Translations under genes and position numbers: made by a program | Assembly (NCBI GenBank): GCA_965226495.1 | Contig: OZ245365.1 | Span: forward strand, 5,696,001-5,760,000 | DNA length: 64,000 nt | Reading direction: 5' to 3' | Source of the DNA: Candidatus Marinacidobacterales bacterium | GTDB lineage: Bacteria; Acidobacteriota; Vicinamibacteria; Marinacidobacterales; DATDRI01 | Part shown: positions 12,005 to 23,097 of the stretch, piece after piece | How the letters are laid out: every line of letters starts with the position of its first letter | Numbering within the stretch: the stretch's first letter is position 1 | Notes under the pieces: model-generated | Databases searched by the model: none | The model's input: the letters and a program-made list of their open reading frames with translations, nothing else | What the model was told of the DNA's origin: nothing

Positions 12005-12868
12005 CTACTCGGCGCGTTGGAGCTCAGACTCGGCGGCGATATACCCGAAGGCCGGCCAATAGGGGCCCTCGACGATCTTTTGGAGGAGCTTGCGAGCCTT
12101 CGCCTCCTCTCCGTTGAAAAAGTACTGGCTGGCGAGTCCGTGGCCGTATGTCGCGAGCTCGAGAGTGGACGCGGTCTCCGGATCGATGAGCGCGTTTTCC
12201 TCCAATCGTCCTTTGTAGAAGGCGAGGAGCTTGAAGTAGGCCACCATGCGTTCGACCCTCATAGCGGGTCGGATCGGCTCCAAAACAGCCTGGGCCTCTT
12301 CGTCTCGATCGAGATGGCGGAGGGATAGATAGAGCCAGTAGGACGCGGCGATTCGGTCGTCATCGTTGGTCGCGAGATCGAGACTCTTCTGGTATGCGGT
12401 GACAGCCGTAGCGAAATCCAGTGTCAGGTAGTATGTGAGCGCGAGGTGATACGAGATGTCGAAGCTTTTGGGTTCGAGTTGGCTGGCCTTTTCTAAATCT
12501 GTCCGTGCCTTGGAGAAATCGCGAACGCTGATGTAGCGATGGCCGCGGTGTCGATAGAGCGGAGCAGAGTTGGGCCATTGCTCAATACCACGGGAGTAGG
12601 TCGCGATGGCCTGGCGGTAGAGCTTCAAGGAGCCATAGGTCAACCCTAGATCCATCAGTAGCCCCATGTTGTCGGGATCCGCAGCGAGGCGAGCTTGTGC
12701 TTCCGCGATAACACCGCGCGCGTCGGGCGAGCCGTAGAATTTTCTCCCGCTGGGGGAAATGTACTCGGGTACTTCCTGAAATGGCTGAAATGGCTGAAAT
12801 GGCTGAAATGGCTGAAGGGGCGCCAACGCCGTCGCCATCATCCAAGCCGTCAAACAGAAGAACATCAT
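12005..12868 (-). CDS. Exported tetratricopeptide-repeat protein
   Basis: Signal-like N-terminus, PFQ repeat, TPR helices (LYRHRGHRYI, YHLALTYYL). Confidence 0.8.
   Translation of the reverse strand: MMFFCLTAWMMATALAPLQPFQPFQPFQPFQEVPEYISPSGRKFYGSPDARGVIAEAQARLAADPDNMGLLMDLGLTYGSLKLYRQAIATYSRGIEQWPNSAPLYRHRGHRYISVRDFSKARTDLEKASQLEPKSFDISYHLALTYYLTLDFATAVTAYQKSLDLATNDDDRIAASYWLYLSLRHLDRDEEAQAVLEPIRPAMRVERMVAYFKLLAFYKGRLEENALIDPETASTLELATYGHGLASQYFFNGEEAKARKLLQKIVEGPYWPAFGYIAAESELQRAE
12776..12816. repeat. In-frame 9-nt tandem repeat (CTGAAATGG)x4 encoding PFQ repeats
   Basis: Directly visible; encodes QPFQPFQPFQPFQ on the minus strand. Confidence 0.9.
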
Positions 12869-12881
12869 CTCCTCACAGTCC

Positions 12882-13724
12882 TCAATCGCCGCTGCCGTAG
12901 ATCAACAGTTCATCGATGGCGCCGCGGCTTCCTGCCTTCGAGTTGATCGAACGGGCGACGCGGACGCGATCCAGCATCGGTTTCGGACTGAGTACTCCAT
13001 AAAGGCTTCTTACGATCTCCGCATCGCTGTTCGACAAAATGACGAAGGCGCCCTTTTTCCTCAGAATCTCGAACACCCGCGCCAACCGTTCTTGCTCTTC
13101 GCGACCGAATCCTTCCGGCGTATAGGAGGTGAAGCGGCTGGTTGCGGAAAGAGGCTGGTAAGGTGGATCGAAGTAGATCAGATCGTTTCGACCGCAGTCG
13201 CCCACCGTCTCTTCGAAATCTACGCACAAGATCTCTACATCCTGAAGTGTTTGAGAAACGAGTCGAAGGTTTTTTTCGTCAAGGATTTTGGGGTTCGTGT
13301 ATCTCCCCAAAGGCACGTTGAATTCACCCCGCCGGTTGACTCGCCAGAGCCCGTTGTAACAGGTGCGGTTGAGGTAAATAAAGAGAGCGGCCCGCTCGAC
13401 CGGATCGCTGGGATTGCTCTGACGAACCTCATAGTAATGGTCGGGTGAATGTTTTCGCGCGTGAACCTCTAGTGCTGAGATCAATTCATCCACGGCGTCC
13501 CTAACGACGACGTACGTGTTGGTCAAGAGTGGATTGCGATCGGCGATACGACAAGTGAGCCGTGGTAGCTCGTGGCGAATCCAGAAAAAGATAGCACCTC
13601 CGCCCACGAAGGGCTCTACATAGCGCGTGAAGGTTTCTGTTGGTGAGACACGCTTGGCGATCTCTTCGATCAGCGTCGTCTTGCCGCCTGCCCACTTGAG
13701 AAAGGGATGGGGCCGGTCTTGCAA
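12882..13724 (-). CDS. dam: Dam-family (D12 class) N6-adenine DNA methyltransferase, orphan
   Basis: PFLKWAGGK, YVEPFVGGGA, YLNRTCYNGLWRVN, DPPY; no adjacent endonuclease. Confidence 0.9.
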   Translation of the reverse strand: MQDRPHPFLKWAGGKTTLIEEIAKRVSPTETFTRYVEPFVGGGAIFFWIRHELPRLTCRIADRNPLLTNTYVVVRDAVDELISALEVHARKHSPDHYYEVRQSNPSDPVERAALFIYLNRTCYNGLWRVNRRGEFNVPLGRYTNPKILDEKNLRLVSQTLQDVEILCVDFEETVGDCGRNDLIYFDPPYQPLSATSRFTSYTPEGFGREEQERLARVFEILRKKGAFVILSNSDAEIVRSLYGVLSPKPMLDRVRVARSINSKAGSRGAIDELLIYGSGD

Positions 13725-13771
13725 GCGCGATGGGCGCGAAGCCTTGCCCGCTAGGAACTTCGGTCGGCCTG

Positions 13772-14671
13772 TTATGCTCGTACCCAGCTGTCTTTCTCCA
13801 AAGATTGCGAAGCCGTTTGCTCGGTTCCGGATTCGGGTTTTCTGAGGAGGTACTCGAGATTACTATAGATGATGCTTTGCGTGAAGCGGTTTCGCTCCAC
13901 CGACCGGCGCAAGACACGGGGCACGCGTCGAGCGAAGAAGCCGCTCATTTGACGTTTTTCCTTCACCAATCGAAACCCGGTTCCCTTTAGCCATCGGCGT
14001 ACCGCGGAGACGGTCACCTTCTGAAGAAGGTCATCCTTCTTCTGTTCTCCCCGAGCAGCCATCATGTGGCAGGAGTTCGACTCCCCTTGTTGTTCCAACC
14101 AAGAAGGGTGGTTACCGGCTAAATAGAAGTTCAGACGGAAGGCCCAGCTTCGAGGCAGGAGAAGCTGGTACGGAATCGGAATCTTGAGCCTCGCCAGATG
14201 TGAGCCCGAGGAGGAGTAGTACGGGGGGGTCGAAAGAAAAAGAACGCCCCCAGGTCGTAAGACGCGGAAGCACTCACTTAGGTAGGTTTCCGGGGATTCA
14301 ACATGCTCGATGACAGAGTGCGAGAGCACGACATCAAAGTAGCCGTCTTGGAAGGGAAGAGAGATCCCGTCGCCTTGCACGAAGGCGACATTGGCGACGT
14401 CATGTTCCTTTGCAAGACGCACCCCGGCGTCGGTGAACCGGTCGACGATATCCAAACCGACTGCAAACTCGGATTCTTCGGCGAAGGAGACGGCCACACC
14501 ACCACCGCCGCAGCCAGCATCGAGAACCGGCCCGGAAGCACGAATACCGGCGCCTTCGATCTGGCTCAGTATCTTCGCGCTTCGGTAGTATTCGAAAAGG
14601 GAGTAGTGATAGTCAGACCGGAAACGAATGGCGCCGTATTCACGAATGGCGTCTGGCTGGACTTCCCGCAA
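13772..14671 (-). CDS. Class I SAM-dependent methyltransferase
   Basis: VLDAGCGGG, FDVVLSHSVIEHV, RVLRPGG; TTG start at 14671 with GAGGAG RBS. Confidence 0.85.
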   Translation of the reverse strand: MREVQPDAIREYGAIRFRSDYHYSLFEYYRSAKILSQIEGAGIRASGPVLDAGCGGGGVAVSFAEESEFAVGLDIVDRFTDAGVRLAKEHDVANVAFVQGDGISLPFQDGYFDVVLSHSVIEHVESPETYLSECFRVLRPGGVLFLSTPPYYSSSGSHLARLKIPIPYQLLLPRSWAFRLNFYLAGNHPSWLEQQGESNSCHMMAARGEQKKDDLLQKVTVSAVRRWLKGTGFRLVKEKRQMSGFFARRVPRVLRRSVERNRFTQSIIYSNLEYLLRKPESGTEQTASQSLEKDSWVRA

Positions 14672-14753
14672 GGATGGCTCCTCGGCTCGGTGCAGTGACC
14701 CCCTGAGTTGTCGTGGACTGGGGCTGAGTGTCGTTCGTCGCGCTTTAGGAGCG

Positions 14754-15161
14754 CTACCCCCCTCTGATTTGCACCTTTGCCGTCCCGGAGATGACGGTCT
14801 TCCTGCCGTTCTTGAGTCGTAAACGGATTGTGTAGGTTCCCGGATGCTTGTACTGGTTGGAGCTGCTGAAACGTCGATTGATCTCCATACCGGGTTCAAA
14901 GGGATCGCAGTCCACCTCGTGGAGCGAAGGGTTTCTGTCGTCGCCCCAATCCCACTCTTCGTCGAGGCAGTAGTATTTCTCCAGATCGTCTGGCTCACCC
15001 TCGAGCTCGGCGGTGACCCTCACCGTGACGGTTAACTTATAGCCGGACCGCGGGTCGGAAATGGGAAGGAAGACCATGTGCGGGGCCTCTAGGTCGAGAT
15101 CCATGTCGTCCGTGGCGCCCAAGACGAGCATCGCAGCTGCGAGACCGATGAGAATCTTCAT
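14754..15161 (-). CDS. Secreted protein with PKD-like beta-sandwich
   Basis: Signal peptide; WDWGD and YKHPGTYTIRL motifs. Confidence 0.6.
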   Translation of the reverse strand: MKILIGLAAAMLVLGATDDMDLDLEAPHMVFLPISDPRSGYKLTVTVRVTAELEGEPDDLEKYYCLDEEWDWGDDRNPSLHEVDCDPFEPGMEINRRFSSSNQYKHPGTYTIRLRLKNGRKTVISGTAKVQIRGG

Positions 15162-15202
15162 GCCCCTATGTTAGCACGCTGCCACCATGCCCCAAGACTC
15201 CT

Positions 15203-17251
15203 TCAAGGTGGGCCTCTTAGGGCTTCGAGCACGTCATCCAAGTTCTCGGTCGGCGCCTGACAGGCGTAGTTTTGGCACACGTAGAAGCGAGGCGTGCCAT
15301 TGGCGGGAGTCTTTCCAGTAAGCAATGGAACCTTCTGCTCCACTTCGTCGCGATGGGGCCACGAAGGATCGAGAAGTGCCACCGCCTCGTTGGGAGTGAA
15401 GAGTCCCCAGATTTTTGCCAGCGCGTCTTTGGTGGTCGCCGCGCCCGCCAACCCCACGACCGCAACCTCGCGTTTCGCACCGAGGTAATAGTCCAACGCG
15501 GAGAGCATCTGCGCGAAGCCGGAAGGAGAGCGGCTCAATTGGGCGTGAAACGCGTGAATCGTCTCCTGGCCCCGCGCTTCGAAATCAGACTGCCCGGAGT
15601 AGGTCGCGAGCTTTAGTAAATAGGATGCGGCCACGGCGTTGCCGGCAGGGATGGCCCCGTCGTACCCGGTTTTTGAGCGCATGATCAGCGATTCATGATC
15701 GGAACCGGTAAAGAAGAACCCACCGCGGTCCTCATCCCAAAACAGTCGCACCATCTCTTTGGCTAGCCGTGTCGCTTCGTCGAGCCAGACAATATCGAAA
15801 TCCGATTCGTATAGCTCGAGGAGACCTCCAATAAGGAACGCGTAGTCATCGAGATACGCGGGCAGCTTCGCCCGTCCCTCTCGGTAAGTTGCCAGCAGGC
15901 GTCCGTCCTTGTTGAGCGTTGCCCGTGCAAAACGCGCGGCATTCGCCGCCGAGTCGAGAAATTTCTGCTCACCGAGAATCCGGAATCCCCGGGCCATGGC
16001 GATGATCATCAAGCCGTTCCAGCTAGTGAGGACCTTGTCGTCGAGCCCGGGCTTGATTCGCTGTTCGCGCGCCTGGAAAAGGATGCGACGCGCTACCGAA
16101 AGCTCATCAGAGCTCGGGTCGATATTTTGAGAGTCGGATAGGAGCCGGTTCAGAATGTTCGTTTCTTCCCAGTTACCGCCTTCGGTGACGTCGTAATACT
16201 TGCAGAAGGTCTCGGCTCGATCCCCGAGGAGAGCGTCGACTTCTTCTTTCTTCCAGACGAAGAACTTGCCTTCGACACCTTCACTATCCGCGTCTTGGCT
16301 GGAGTAGTAGCCACCCTCCGGTCCCTGCATTTCGCGAAGCACGTATTCGAGAGTCTCTGTCGCCACGCGTGCGTACTCAGCTTTGCCAGTCACCTGGTAG
16401 GCCTCGAGATAAGCCGGCACCAGAAGGGCGTTGTCGTAGAGCATCTTTTCGAAATGGGGGACCAACCACCGCGCATCCGTGGAGTAACGATGGAAGCCTC
16501 CCCCCAATTGATCGTACATCCCGCCCGCCGCCATCTTCTGGAGCGTGAGCTCCGCCATTTGCAGTGCATCCTCGTCACCGTGGGCGTGATGGAAGCGAAG
16601 TAGCAACGAGATCGCGCCTGACGGGGGAAACTTGGGCGCGGGTGAGAACCCGCCGTCGCGCGGATCGAAACGCCCGGCAAGCTCCCGAACCGCGTCGCGT
16701 AGGAGGTTCGGCGAGAGTAGCTCCGGGCTCGCACTCGTTTGCGCCATCGTTTGGAGGTGTTGAGTGAGCTCCCCGGCGGTCGTTTCTACCTGGCCTCGAT
16801 GGTCGCGATAGATCCGAGCGACTTCGTTGAGCACGCTCGCAAAGCCGGGGCGGCCAAAGCGATCGTCGGGCGGAAAATAGGTTCCGCCATAGAAGGGCTT
16901 GAGGTCGGGAGTCAAGAAAACCGTCAGCGGCCATCCACCGGAGCCGGTCATGATCTGTACGGCGCCCATGTAGATCTCGTCGATGTCCGGGCGCTCTTCT
17001 CGATCCACTTTGATGGATACGAAGTGCTCGTTCATCAGGGCGGCGATGTCTTCGCTCTCGAAGGACTCTCTTTCCATCACGTGACACCAGTGGCAGGCGG
17101 AGTAGCCAATGGAGAGGAGGATAGGTCTGTCTTCTTTCTTGGATTTCTCCAAGGCCTCCGCACCCCACGGATACCACGCGACGGGATTATGGGCGTGTTG
17201 GAGGAGGTAGGGGCTGGTCTCGTCGGCGAGCTGATTCGTGTGCTCGGTCAT
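15203..17251 (-). CDS. YyaL/SSP411 family thioredoxin-domain protein (DUF255)
   Basis: [39 protein letters not shown]. Confidence 0.93.
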   Translation of the reverse strand: MTEHTNQLADETSPYLLQHAHNPVAWYPWGAEALEKSKKEDRPILLSIGYSACHWCHVMERESFESEDIAALMNEHFVSIKVDREERPDIDEIYMGAVQIMTGSGGWPLTVFLTPDLKPFYGGTYFPPDDRFGRPGFASVLNEVARIYRDHRGQVETTAGELTQHLQTMAQTSASPELLSPNLLRDAVRELAGRFDPRDGGFSPAPKFPPSGAISLLLRFHHAHGDEDALQMAELTLQKMAAGGMYDQLGGGFHRYSTDARWLVPHFEKMLYDNALLVPAYLEAYQVTGKAEYARVATETLEYVLREMQGPEGGYYSSQDADSEGVEGKFFVWKKEEVDALLGDRAETFCKYYDVTEGGNWEETNILNRLLSDSQNIDPSSDELSVARRILFQAREQRIKPGLDDKVLTSWNGLMIIAMARGFRILGEQKFLDSAANAARFARATLNKDGRLLATYREGRAKLPAYLDDYAFLIGGLLELYESDFDIVWLDEATRLAKEMVRLFWDEDRGGFFFTGSDHESLIMRSKTGYDGAIPAGNAVAASYLLKLATYSGQSDFEARGQETIHAFHAQLSRSPSGFAQMLSALDYYLGAKREVAVVGLAGAATTKDALAKIWGLFTPNEAVALLDPSWPHRDEVEQKVPLLTGKTPANGTPRFYVCQNYACQAPTENLDDVLEALRGPP

Positions 17252-17399
17252 CGATGTATTCTAGTCAAGATCCACGAACCCAGGCGACACAGCCAGCGCG
17301 TGCTACGCGGTACAAGTTTAACGGGCTTAGCTTGGCGCTGGCTCGCGCCTTCTTCGCTCCTTCGATCGCAAGCCGTCGATGGGTTCGAACCTCATTCTC

Positions 17400-19461
17400 T
17401 TACCAGACCACCGGCAACTTCTCGCCGGTGATGAGGTCGAAAAACCCTTCCGTGGTTAGGTTCCATTGCCAGGGGGCAGGCGTGAGAAACCAAAAGGTCA
17501 TGGCGTCCGTCGCGTGAACCTGATGCCCCTTGTCATCGAAACCCGCCCACTCGAGCGCGTCAGAAGCGGCCCGCATGGTTGCGAGCTCGCGCAGTAGGAT
17601 TAGTGGCTCCGCGTTGCTCATGAGCCCGGTCACCGGAAGACGTACTTCCGCCTGGATTTCTCCGTCGGCGACAACGACGAAGCCTCCACCGATCTCGATC
17701 AGCCGATTGGCGGCCATCGCCATCGCCTCGTCGCAGCTACCATGGATCGTAAGCTGGTGCGCGTCGTGTTGGACGGTCGTGGCGACGGCGGAACACGGAT
17801 GGCTCGGGCTAGTCGCAGTGAACATCGCGCCCATTTGGATCTCCGCAGCCGGTTCCGGTCCGAGGCTTTCGTGTCGCTCGATGGCTGCCATCTTGTAGAC
17901 CCCGAGATCGGTTCCGTATTGCACAACACCGTCTTGGACCGGTAGCTCGACGGTGTCGGGCCGTTTTCGGAAATCACGAGGTTTCCACAGCCAAGCGGTG
18001 GCCCTCGTCTTACCCGCGGGAGCGCGGATGCGGAAGTCTTCAGGTGCTAATTCGCGGGCCAGCGAGACGGTATCGAGCGTGTAAGGAGGAGCCTCCTGCG
18101 CAGGTTCGATCCCGTCGATGAGCTTGCCACCCTCGACGACGAGGGTGCCGGAAGCCACTACCCGATCGATGTCGACTTTGGCTAGTTCGTCGGGTACTCG
18201 TCCATTGAGAAACACGATGTCGGCGAAACAGCCCGGAGAGAACGAGCCCACCTCGTCGTCCATCTGGAGGAGCACGGCGGCGTTGTAGGAGGCGGCGCGA
18301 AAGGCATCGATCAGGATCCTTTTCTTGCTTTGCTGGATGTCTCCGGCGGCGATGGCTGCCCATCCCTCTTCGATGTATCTACGGACGTTATAGTCAATGT
18401 CTCCCCACTCCATGAGCTCTGGAAGATCCCGATCATCCGTCGACAACGTGCCGAAGGCTGCCGCGTAAGGGGCGTCGGAGGAGTAGATCCCGCGAACGAG
18501 CGCTCCGAACTCGCCTCGGTTCGGCGGGTTGTCCGTCCAAAGCCCGAGGCGCGCGACCCGGACGATGTGGTCATTCTCGCCTTCGACGGGACCGTGCGGG
18601 TTGTGGTTCGATACGGACGGCGAGGGTTCGAAAAGAGGAAATGTTGCCGTAGTCGTTCCCGCCGGTATGGCCCTGAATCGCTTGCCTCGCGTCCCATCCC
18701 GCTTGAAGCACCTGGTGTAGGCGTTGATATCCGGGACTCTCGGGATCTTGAATACCCGGTTCGAACATCACTTCACCGATGCTCCGGACGCGCGGATCGT
18801 GTGCGAAAAGCCGACGTGCCGATTCGTACCCGATCCAACCACCGGTCGGCTCCATGATGTCGTCGGTGGGAGGAACGGCCGAAGTGACTGCGGGGAACAC
18901 TTTCAAATGCTTCGGCTGCATATCGAGCCAGAACGTCACGCCCGCCTCGCCTAGAACGTTTCCCGTTTCGTGATCGCCTTCTACCAACCAGGTCGTTCCG
19001 AGAGGCAGAGCCACCTGCGCGAAGCGGTCTGGAGTCAGTCGGCTCGATTCGATGTGGTCGTGGCTATGGCCGAACCCGGGCACCAGTGTTTGATCCGACG
19101 CATCTAAGACCTTGGTCTCCGGTCCTACTAGCGTATCGATCATCTTCATGTCGTTTCGGTCGGGGGCCGCCTTCGGTGTCTCGTCCTCTGGTCCTAGATA
19201 GGCGATCCGCTTTCCCTTAGTGGCGATGAGCCATCCGTCTTTCAACTCACCGGTCTGCGCGATGAAGACTTGCCCGCCTTTCACGACGACGTCGGCCGGT
19301 TCACGTCCCAATGCCACCGGAACCAGGGCCTAACGGGACTTCCAGTCCTCACTGAATTGAAACTCTTCTTGAGTGTTGGGCGGTGAATTAGCTGGTGGTA
19401 GTTGGCAGGCGATGAGAGTCAATACGACGAGGCAGGCACCAAGACGCACGCATTTTTTCAT
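17400..19461 (-). pseudogene. Adenine deaminase-like protein with lipoprotein signal, interrupted
   Basis: HDHIESS, IGEVM, STDD, IERH, HDAH, LPVTGLMS motifs; in-frame TAG at 19330-19332 and a frameshift near 18612. Confidence 0.8.
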
Positions 19462-19514
19462 TGGAACTCTCCAGGCGGGCTGGATTGGATCCGCCCCTTC
19501 CGCGCCGTTCCGAA

Positions 19515-20519
19515 TCAGGCCGATTTCAGCCCGGTCCAGCGGAACAAACACGAGCCCACCGTCAGCCCGGCGCCGACGGAAGCAATCAGGATGAGCTCGC
19601 CGGGTTTGAGGAGCCCCTGTTCTTGAGCGTCGGTGAGCGCGAGGGGAATCGTGGCGGCGGTGGTGTTACCGTACTTGTCGATGTTCTTGATGACCTTCTC
19701 CGGCGGGAGCTTTAGCCGCTCGGCCGCCGCGTCCAAGATCCGGGCGTTCGCCTGGTGTGAGACGAGCAAGGAAATATCCGAGGCAGTGAGGCCGTGCTTC
19801 TTGAGCAGAGCCGACGCGGCTTCGAAGGTCTGCCGGACCGCAAACTTGAAGATCTGGGGGCCGGCTTGGTGCACGTAGTGGAGTTTTTCGGCCACCGTCT
19901 TGTCTGAGGCCGGCTTCATGCTTCCGCCTCCAGGCATGTACAGAAAGAAGCCGCCGCTTCCGTCAATGTGGTGGTTGAAATCTATGAGGCCCCCCGAATC
20001 GTCCTCGGCGGGCTCCAGTAGGACGGCACCGGCACCATCGCCGAAGAGCACACACGTCGTTCGGTCCTCGTAATTGATGATGCTGCTCATCACGTCCGCA
20101 CCAATGACCAGGACACGGTCGTGGGAGCCGGCGGCCACGAAGTGGGCGCCCGTCGTGAGCGCGTAAACGAAACCGCAACAAGCGGCGGAAAGATCGAACC
20201 CCCATGCGCGGCTCGCCCCCAACTTGTCCTGAACCAAGCAGGCGGTTGCGGGAAAAAACATGTCCGGCGTGACGGTGGCCACGATGATGAGATCGATGTC
20301 GTCCGGAGTCAGCCCGCGTTGCGACAACAGATCTTGTGCGGCGCGGGTGGCCAGATCCGACGTGGTCATCCCGTCGGCGATGTGGCGCTCGCGGATCCCG
20401 GTCCTTTCGATGATCCATTCATCGGAAGTATCGACTATCTTTGCGAGGTCGGCATTGGTGAGGATCTTTTCCGGAAGGTAGCGGCCCATGGCGGTAATGG
20501 TGGCGCGACGAAGAGTCAT
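19515..20519 (-). CDS. fabH: 3-oxoacyl-ACP synthase III
   Basis: [23 protein letters not shown] catalytic Cys-His-Asn motifs. Confidence 0.96.
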   Translation of the reverse strand: MTLRRATITAMGRYLPEKILTNADLAKIVDTSDEWIIERTGIRERHIADGMTTSDLATRAAQDLLSQRGLTPDDIDLIIVATVTPDMFFPATACLVQDKLGASRAWGFDLSAACCGFVYALTTGAHFVAAGSHDRVLVIGADVMSSIINYEDRTTCVLFGDGAGAVLLEPAEDDSGGLIDFNHHIDGSGGFFLYMPGGGSMKPASDKTVAEKLHYVHQAGPQIFKFAVRQTFEAASALLKKHGLTASDISLLVSHQANARILDAAAERLKLPPEKVIKNIDKYGNTTAATIPLALTDAQEQGLLKPGELILIASVGAGLTVGSCLFRWTGLKSA

Positions 20520-20612
20520 AGAGCGCCCATCCTAGATCCCAGCTTCGCCCCAGTCAACGGAATCCTTGCCAATCGGGTATAAGGCGAAACGAAAACGAAC
20601 AAACGTGAGGGA

Positions 20613-20644
20613 CCTCACCCAGGCCCTCTCCCGAAGGGAGGGGG
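20613..20644. repeat. REP-like palindromic repeat (CCCTCACCC...CCCTCTCCC/GGGAGAGGG family)
   Basis: Near-identical to the copies at 38528 and 38698. Confidence 0.75.
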
Positions 20645-20798
20645 ATTAACGGAAGAAGAAACCATCAATAGCAACGGTGACATAATCAGGGGCCAGTTGA
20701 GAGTTTAGGCGCAACCGCGTATGATCCAACGATTATCGTGGATTCGACGGGGGAGCGATGCCACGTCCCCCTTCCCAAATAATCAAGGAATAGAGACT

Positions 20799-21461
20799 TT
20801 GCCGGCGGCTGCTTTCTACGATTTGGACGGGACACTCTTGAGCACGAACCTTGTGCACACGTTCGCCTTCTACGCCCGAAACGACCAGGGCATACTCCGG
20901 AGCCTGGGGCGGACGGCCACGACGTTTCTCGGCATCCCGCTATTTCTCGCCACAGATATGTACAGCCGGAAGGTCTTCAACGACCTCTTCTTCAAGTGGT
21001 ATCGCAACCAGTCCGAGGACCGGCTCCGCTACCTCTCTCAAGACCTGTTCGACGAGGTCATCAAGCCGTCGATCTACCCGGGAACGATGGAGCTTCTGGA
21101 CAAGTCTCGAAGCCTCGGTTTGCGCCAGGTGGTGGTCACCGGTGCCCTCGATCTCAGTATTCAGCCTTTGTTGAGACATCTAGGCATCGAGGAATTCGTG
21201 GCCAACCGATTGGAGTTCGTGGACGACGTGGCCACCGGTCGATTGGTGCCTCCGATCATGGCGAGCGCGACCAAGGCCTCCTGGATCCGGACCTACGCCG
21301 AGCGCGAGAGTATTTCTCTGAGCGACTGCTTTTGTTACGCCGATAGCATGAGCGACCTTCCCATGCTTTCCATCGTGGGACACCCGACCGCGACCAATCC
21401 CGATCTCAGGCTGCGGAGTACGGCGCTCCGGCACGACTGGCCGATTCTTTCTCTCAAGTAG
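20799..21461 (+). CDS. elbB: HAD-IB family hydrolase, ElbB-like
   Basis: FYDLDGTL and [14 protein letters not shown] motifs; first gene of elb-like cluster; probable TTG start at 20799. Confidence 0.75.
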   Translation: MPAAAFYDLDGTLLSTNLVHTFAFYARNDQGILRSLGRTATTFLGIPLFLATDMYSRKVFNDLFFKWYRNQSEDRLRYLSQDLFDEVIKPSIYPGTMELLDKSRSLGLRQVVVTGALDLSIQPLLRHLGIEEFVANRLEFVDDVATGRLVPPIMASATKASWIRTYAERESISLSDCFCYADSMSDLPMLSIVGHPTATNPDLRLRSTALRHDWPILSLK

Positions 21462-21486
21462 AAAGATAGCGAAAGGAACCGACTTC

Positions 21487-23085
21487 ATGAGTCCCCTCTT
21501 GCGTCGCAAGCTGGATCCGGCGACAGTCATGATCGACACCGATTCGGCCCCTCGCGTCCTCCATTTCGGAGAAGATTTCCTAGAAGTGGATCTGCCGGTC
21601 GGCACGCGGGTCATTTATCCCAAGCCTCCGATCCAAGGCCTGCCCAATCCCCGAGCCGCCGTTCGGTACGCTCTAAACAACCCGTTGGGATGCGATCCGC
21701 TCTATGCACAGCTTACGCCGGGCATGAAGGTCACAGTGGCGCTCGACGACATCAGTCTGCCGCTTCCCCCCATGCTTCCACCCGACGTCCGACAGACCGT
21801 CCTGGAAGTCGTGTTGGAGATGCTTTCCGACCATGGCGTCGACGACATCCACTTGGTCGTCGCTAACTCGCTGCATCGCAAGATGACGGGATCCGAGATG
21901 CGGAGGATGGTGGGCTCGAAGATTCACAAAGAGTTCTATCCCGATCGCTATTACTGCCACGACGCCGAGGACCCCGACGGTTTGGTTAATCTCGGAAAGA
22001 CAAAGCATGGCGAGATTCTTCGAATCAATCGGCGAGCCTGTGAAAGTGATCTCGTCATTTACATCAATATCAATCTGGTTCCCATGGATGGTGGCCACAA
22101 ATCGGTGACGGTCGGGCTTTGTGATTACGAAAGCCTCACCTCCCATCACGAGCCGCAGACGATCATCGACTCCGACGGCTACATGGATCCGCAGCGGTCG
22201 GCCTTGGCAAAAAAGTGCGATCGCCTGGGAAAGCTAGTCGACAAGAACCTCAACGTCTTCCACATCGAGACGGTGCTCAACAATCGGATGTATTCCGATC
22301 AACTGAATTTCCTTGGGAGAAACGAAGACGATTTCACCGAAGCGGATCGCCTCAAGTTGCGAGCCACTCGTTGGTCGCTCGAGAAAATGCCCCGCGCCGC
22401 GAAACGAGCGTTCCTGCATGCGATACCGGCGCACTTCCAGATGATCGCCTGCAATGCCGGCAAGACGGAGCCGGTCCACGAGCGCACCCTCGAGCGATCG
22501 TTCGAACAGTATGCGGTTCGCGTCAAGGGACAGGCCGACATCTTGATCGTGGGTATCCCTTACATCTCACCCTATAACGTGAACTCGATTTTGAACCCGC
22601 TTTTGGTCCAGGTCATGGGCCCCGGCTATTTCTTCAACATGTATCGCGGCAAGCCTTTGTTGAAGAAGGGCGGCGTTTTGATCCTCGCGCATCCGTGTTA
22701 CGACGAGTTCGATGCCAAGTTCCACCCCAGCTACATCGAGTTCTTCAACCGCGTGCTTCCCGAGACCCAAGATGCCTTCACGCTTCGCGAGAAATACGAA
22801 GAAGAGTTTGCCAAGAACCCGAGCTATATCCAGATGTATCGTCAGGGCAATGCCTATCATGGGGCCCATCCTTTCTTCATGTGGTATTGGGGAGAGAACG
22901 GACGCCGTCACGCCGGCAAAATCATCGTCGCCGGTGCGGAAACCCAGCACGTACCCTCCCTCCTAGGTTGGGAGCGCGCCGAGTCGGTCGCCGAAGCGAT
23001 CGCGATGGCCCGCAGCTTTACCGGGCCTTCGGCTGAGATCTCGATGTTGCACTTGCCGCCCATCGTGATCCCGGAAGTCGAGTAA
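21487..23085 (+). CDS. elbC: Lactate racemase-like (DUF2088) protein, ElbC-like
   Basis: [28 protein letters not shown] motifs; lies between the HAD and ElbD-like genes. Confidence 0.75.
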   Translation: MSPLLRRKLDPATVMIDTDSAPRVLHFGEDFLEVDLPVGTRVIYPKPPIQGLPNPRAAVRYALNNPLGCDPLYAQLTPGMKVTVALDDISLPLPPMLPPDVRQTVLEVVLEMLSDHGVDDIHLVVANSLHRKMTGSEMRRMVGSKIHKEFYPDRYYCHDAEDPDGLVNLGKTKHGEILRINRRACESDLVIYININLVPMDGGHKSVTVGLCDYESLTSHHEPQTIIDSDGYMDPQRSALAKKCDRLGKLVDKNLNVFHIETVLNNRMYSDQLNFLGRNEDDFTEADRLKLRATRWSLEKMPRAAKRAFLHAIPAHFQMIACNAGKTEPVHERTLERSFEQYAVRVKGQADILIVGIPYISPYNVNSILNPLLVQVMGPGYFFNMYRGKPLLKKGGVLILAHPCYDEFDAKFHPSYIEFFNRVLPETQDAFTLREKYEEEFAKNPSYIQMYRQGNAYHGAHPFFMWYWGENGRRHAGKIIVAGAETQHVPSLLGWERAESVAEAIAMARSFTGPSAEISMLHLPPIVIPEVE

Positions 23086-23097
23086 GCGGAGAAGATC

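Noticed and set aside
19330-19332. In-frame UAG here and at 61417 as pyrrolysine or stop-codon reassignment
   Set aside because: Both genes also carry frameshifts, and TAG is used as a normal stop elsewhere (for example atpA and atpD).
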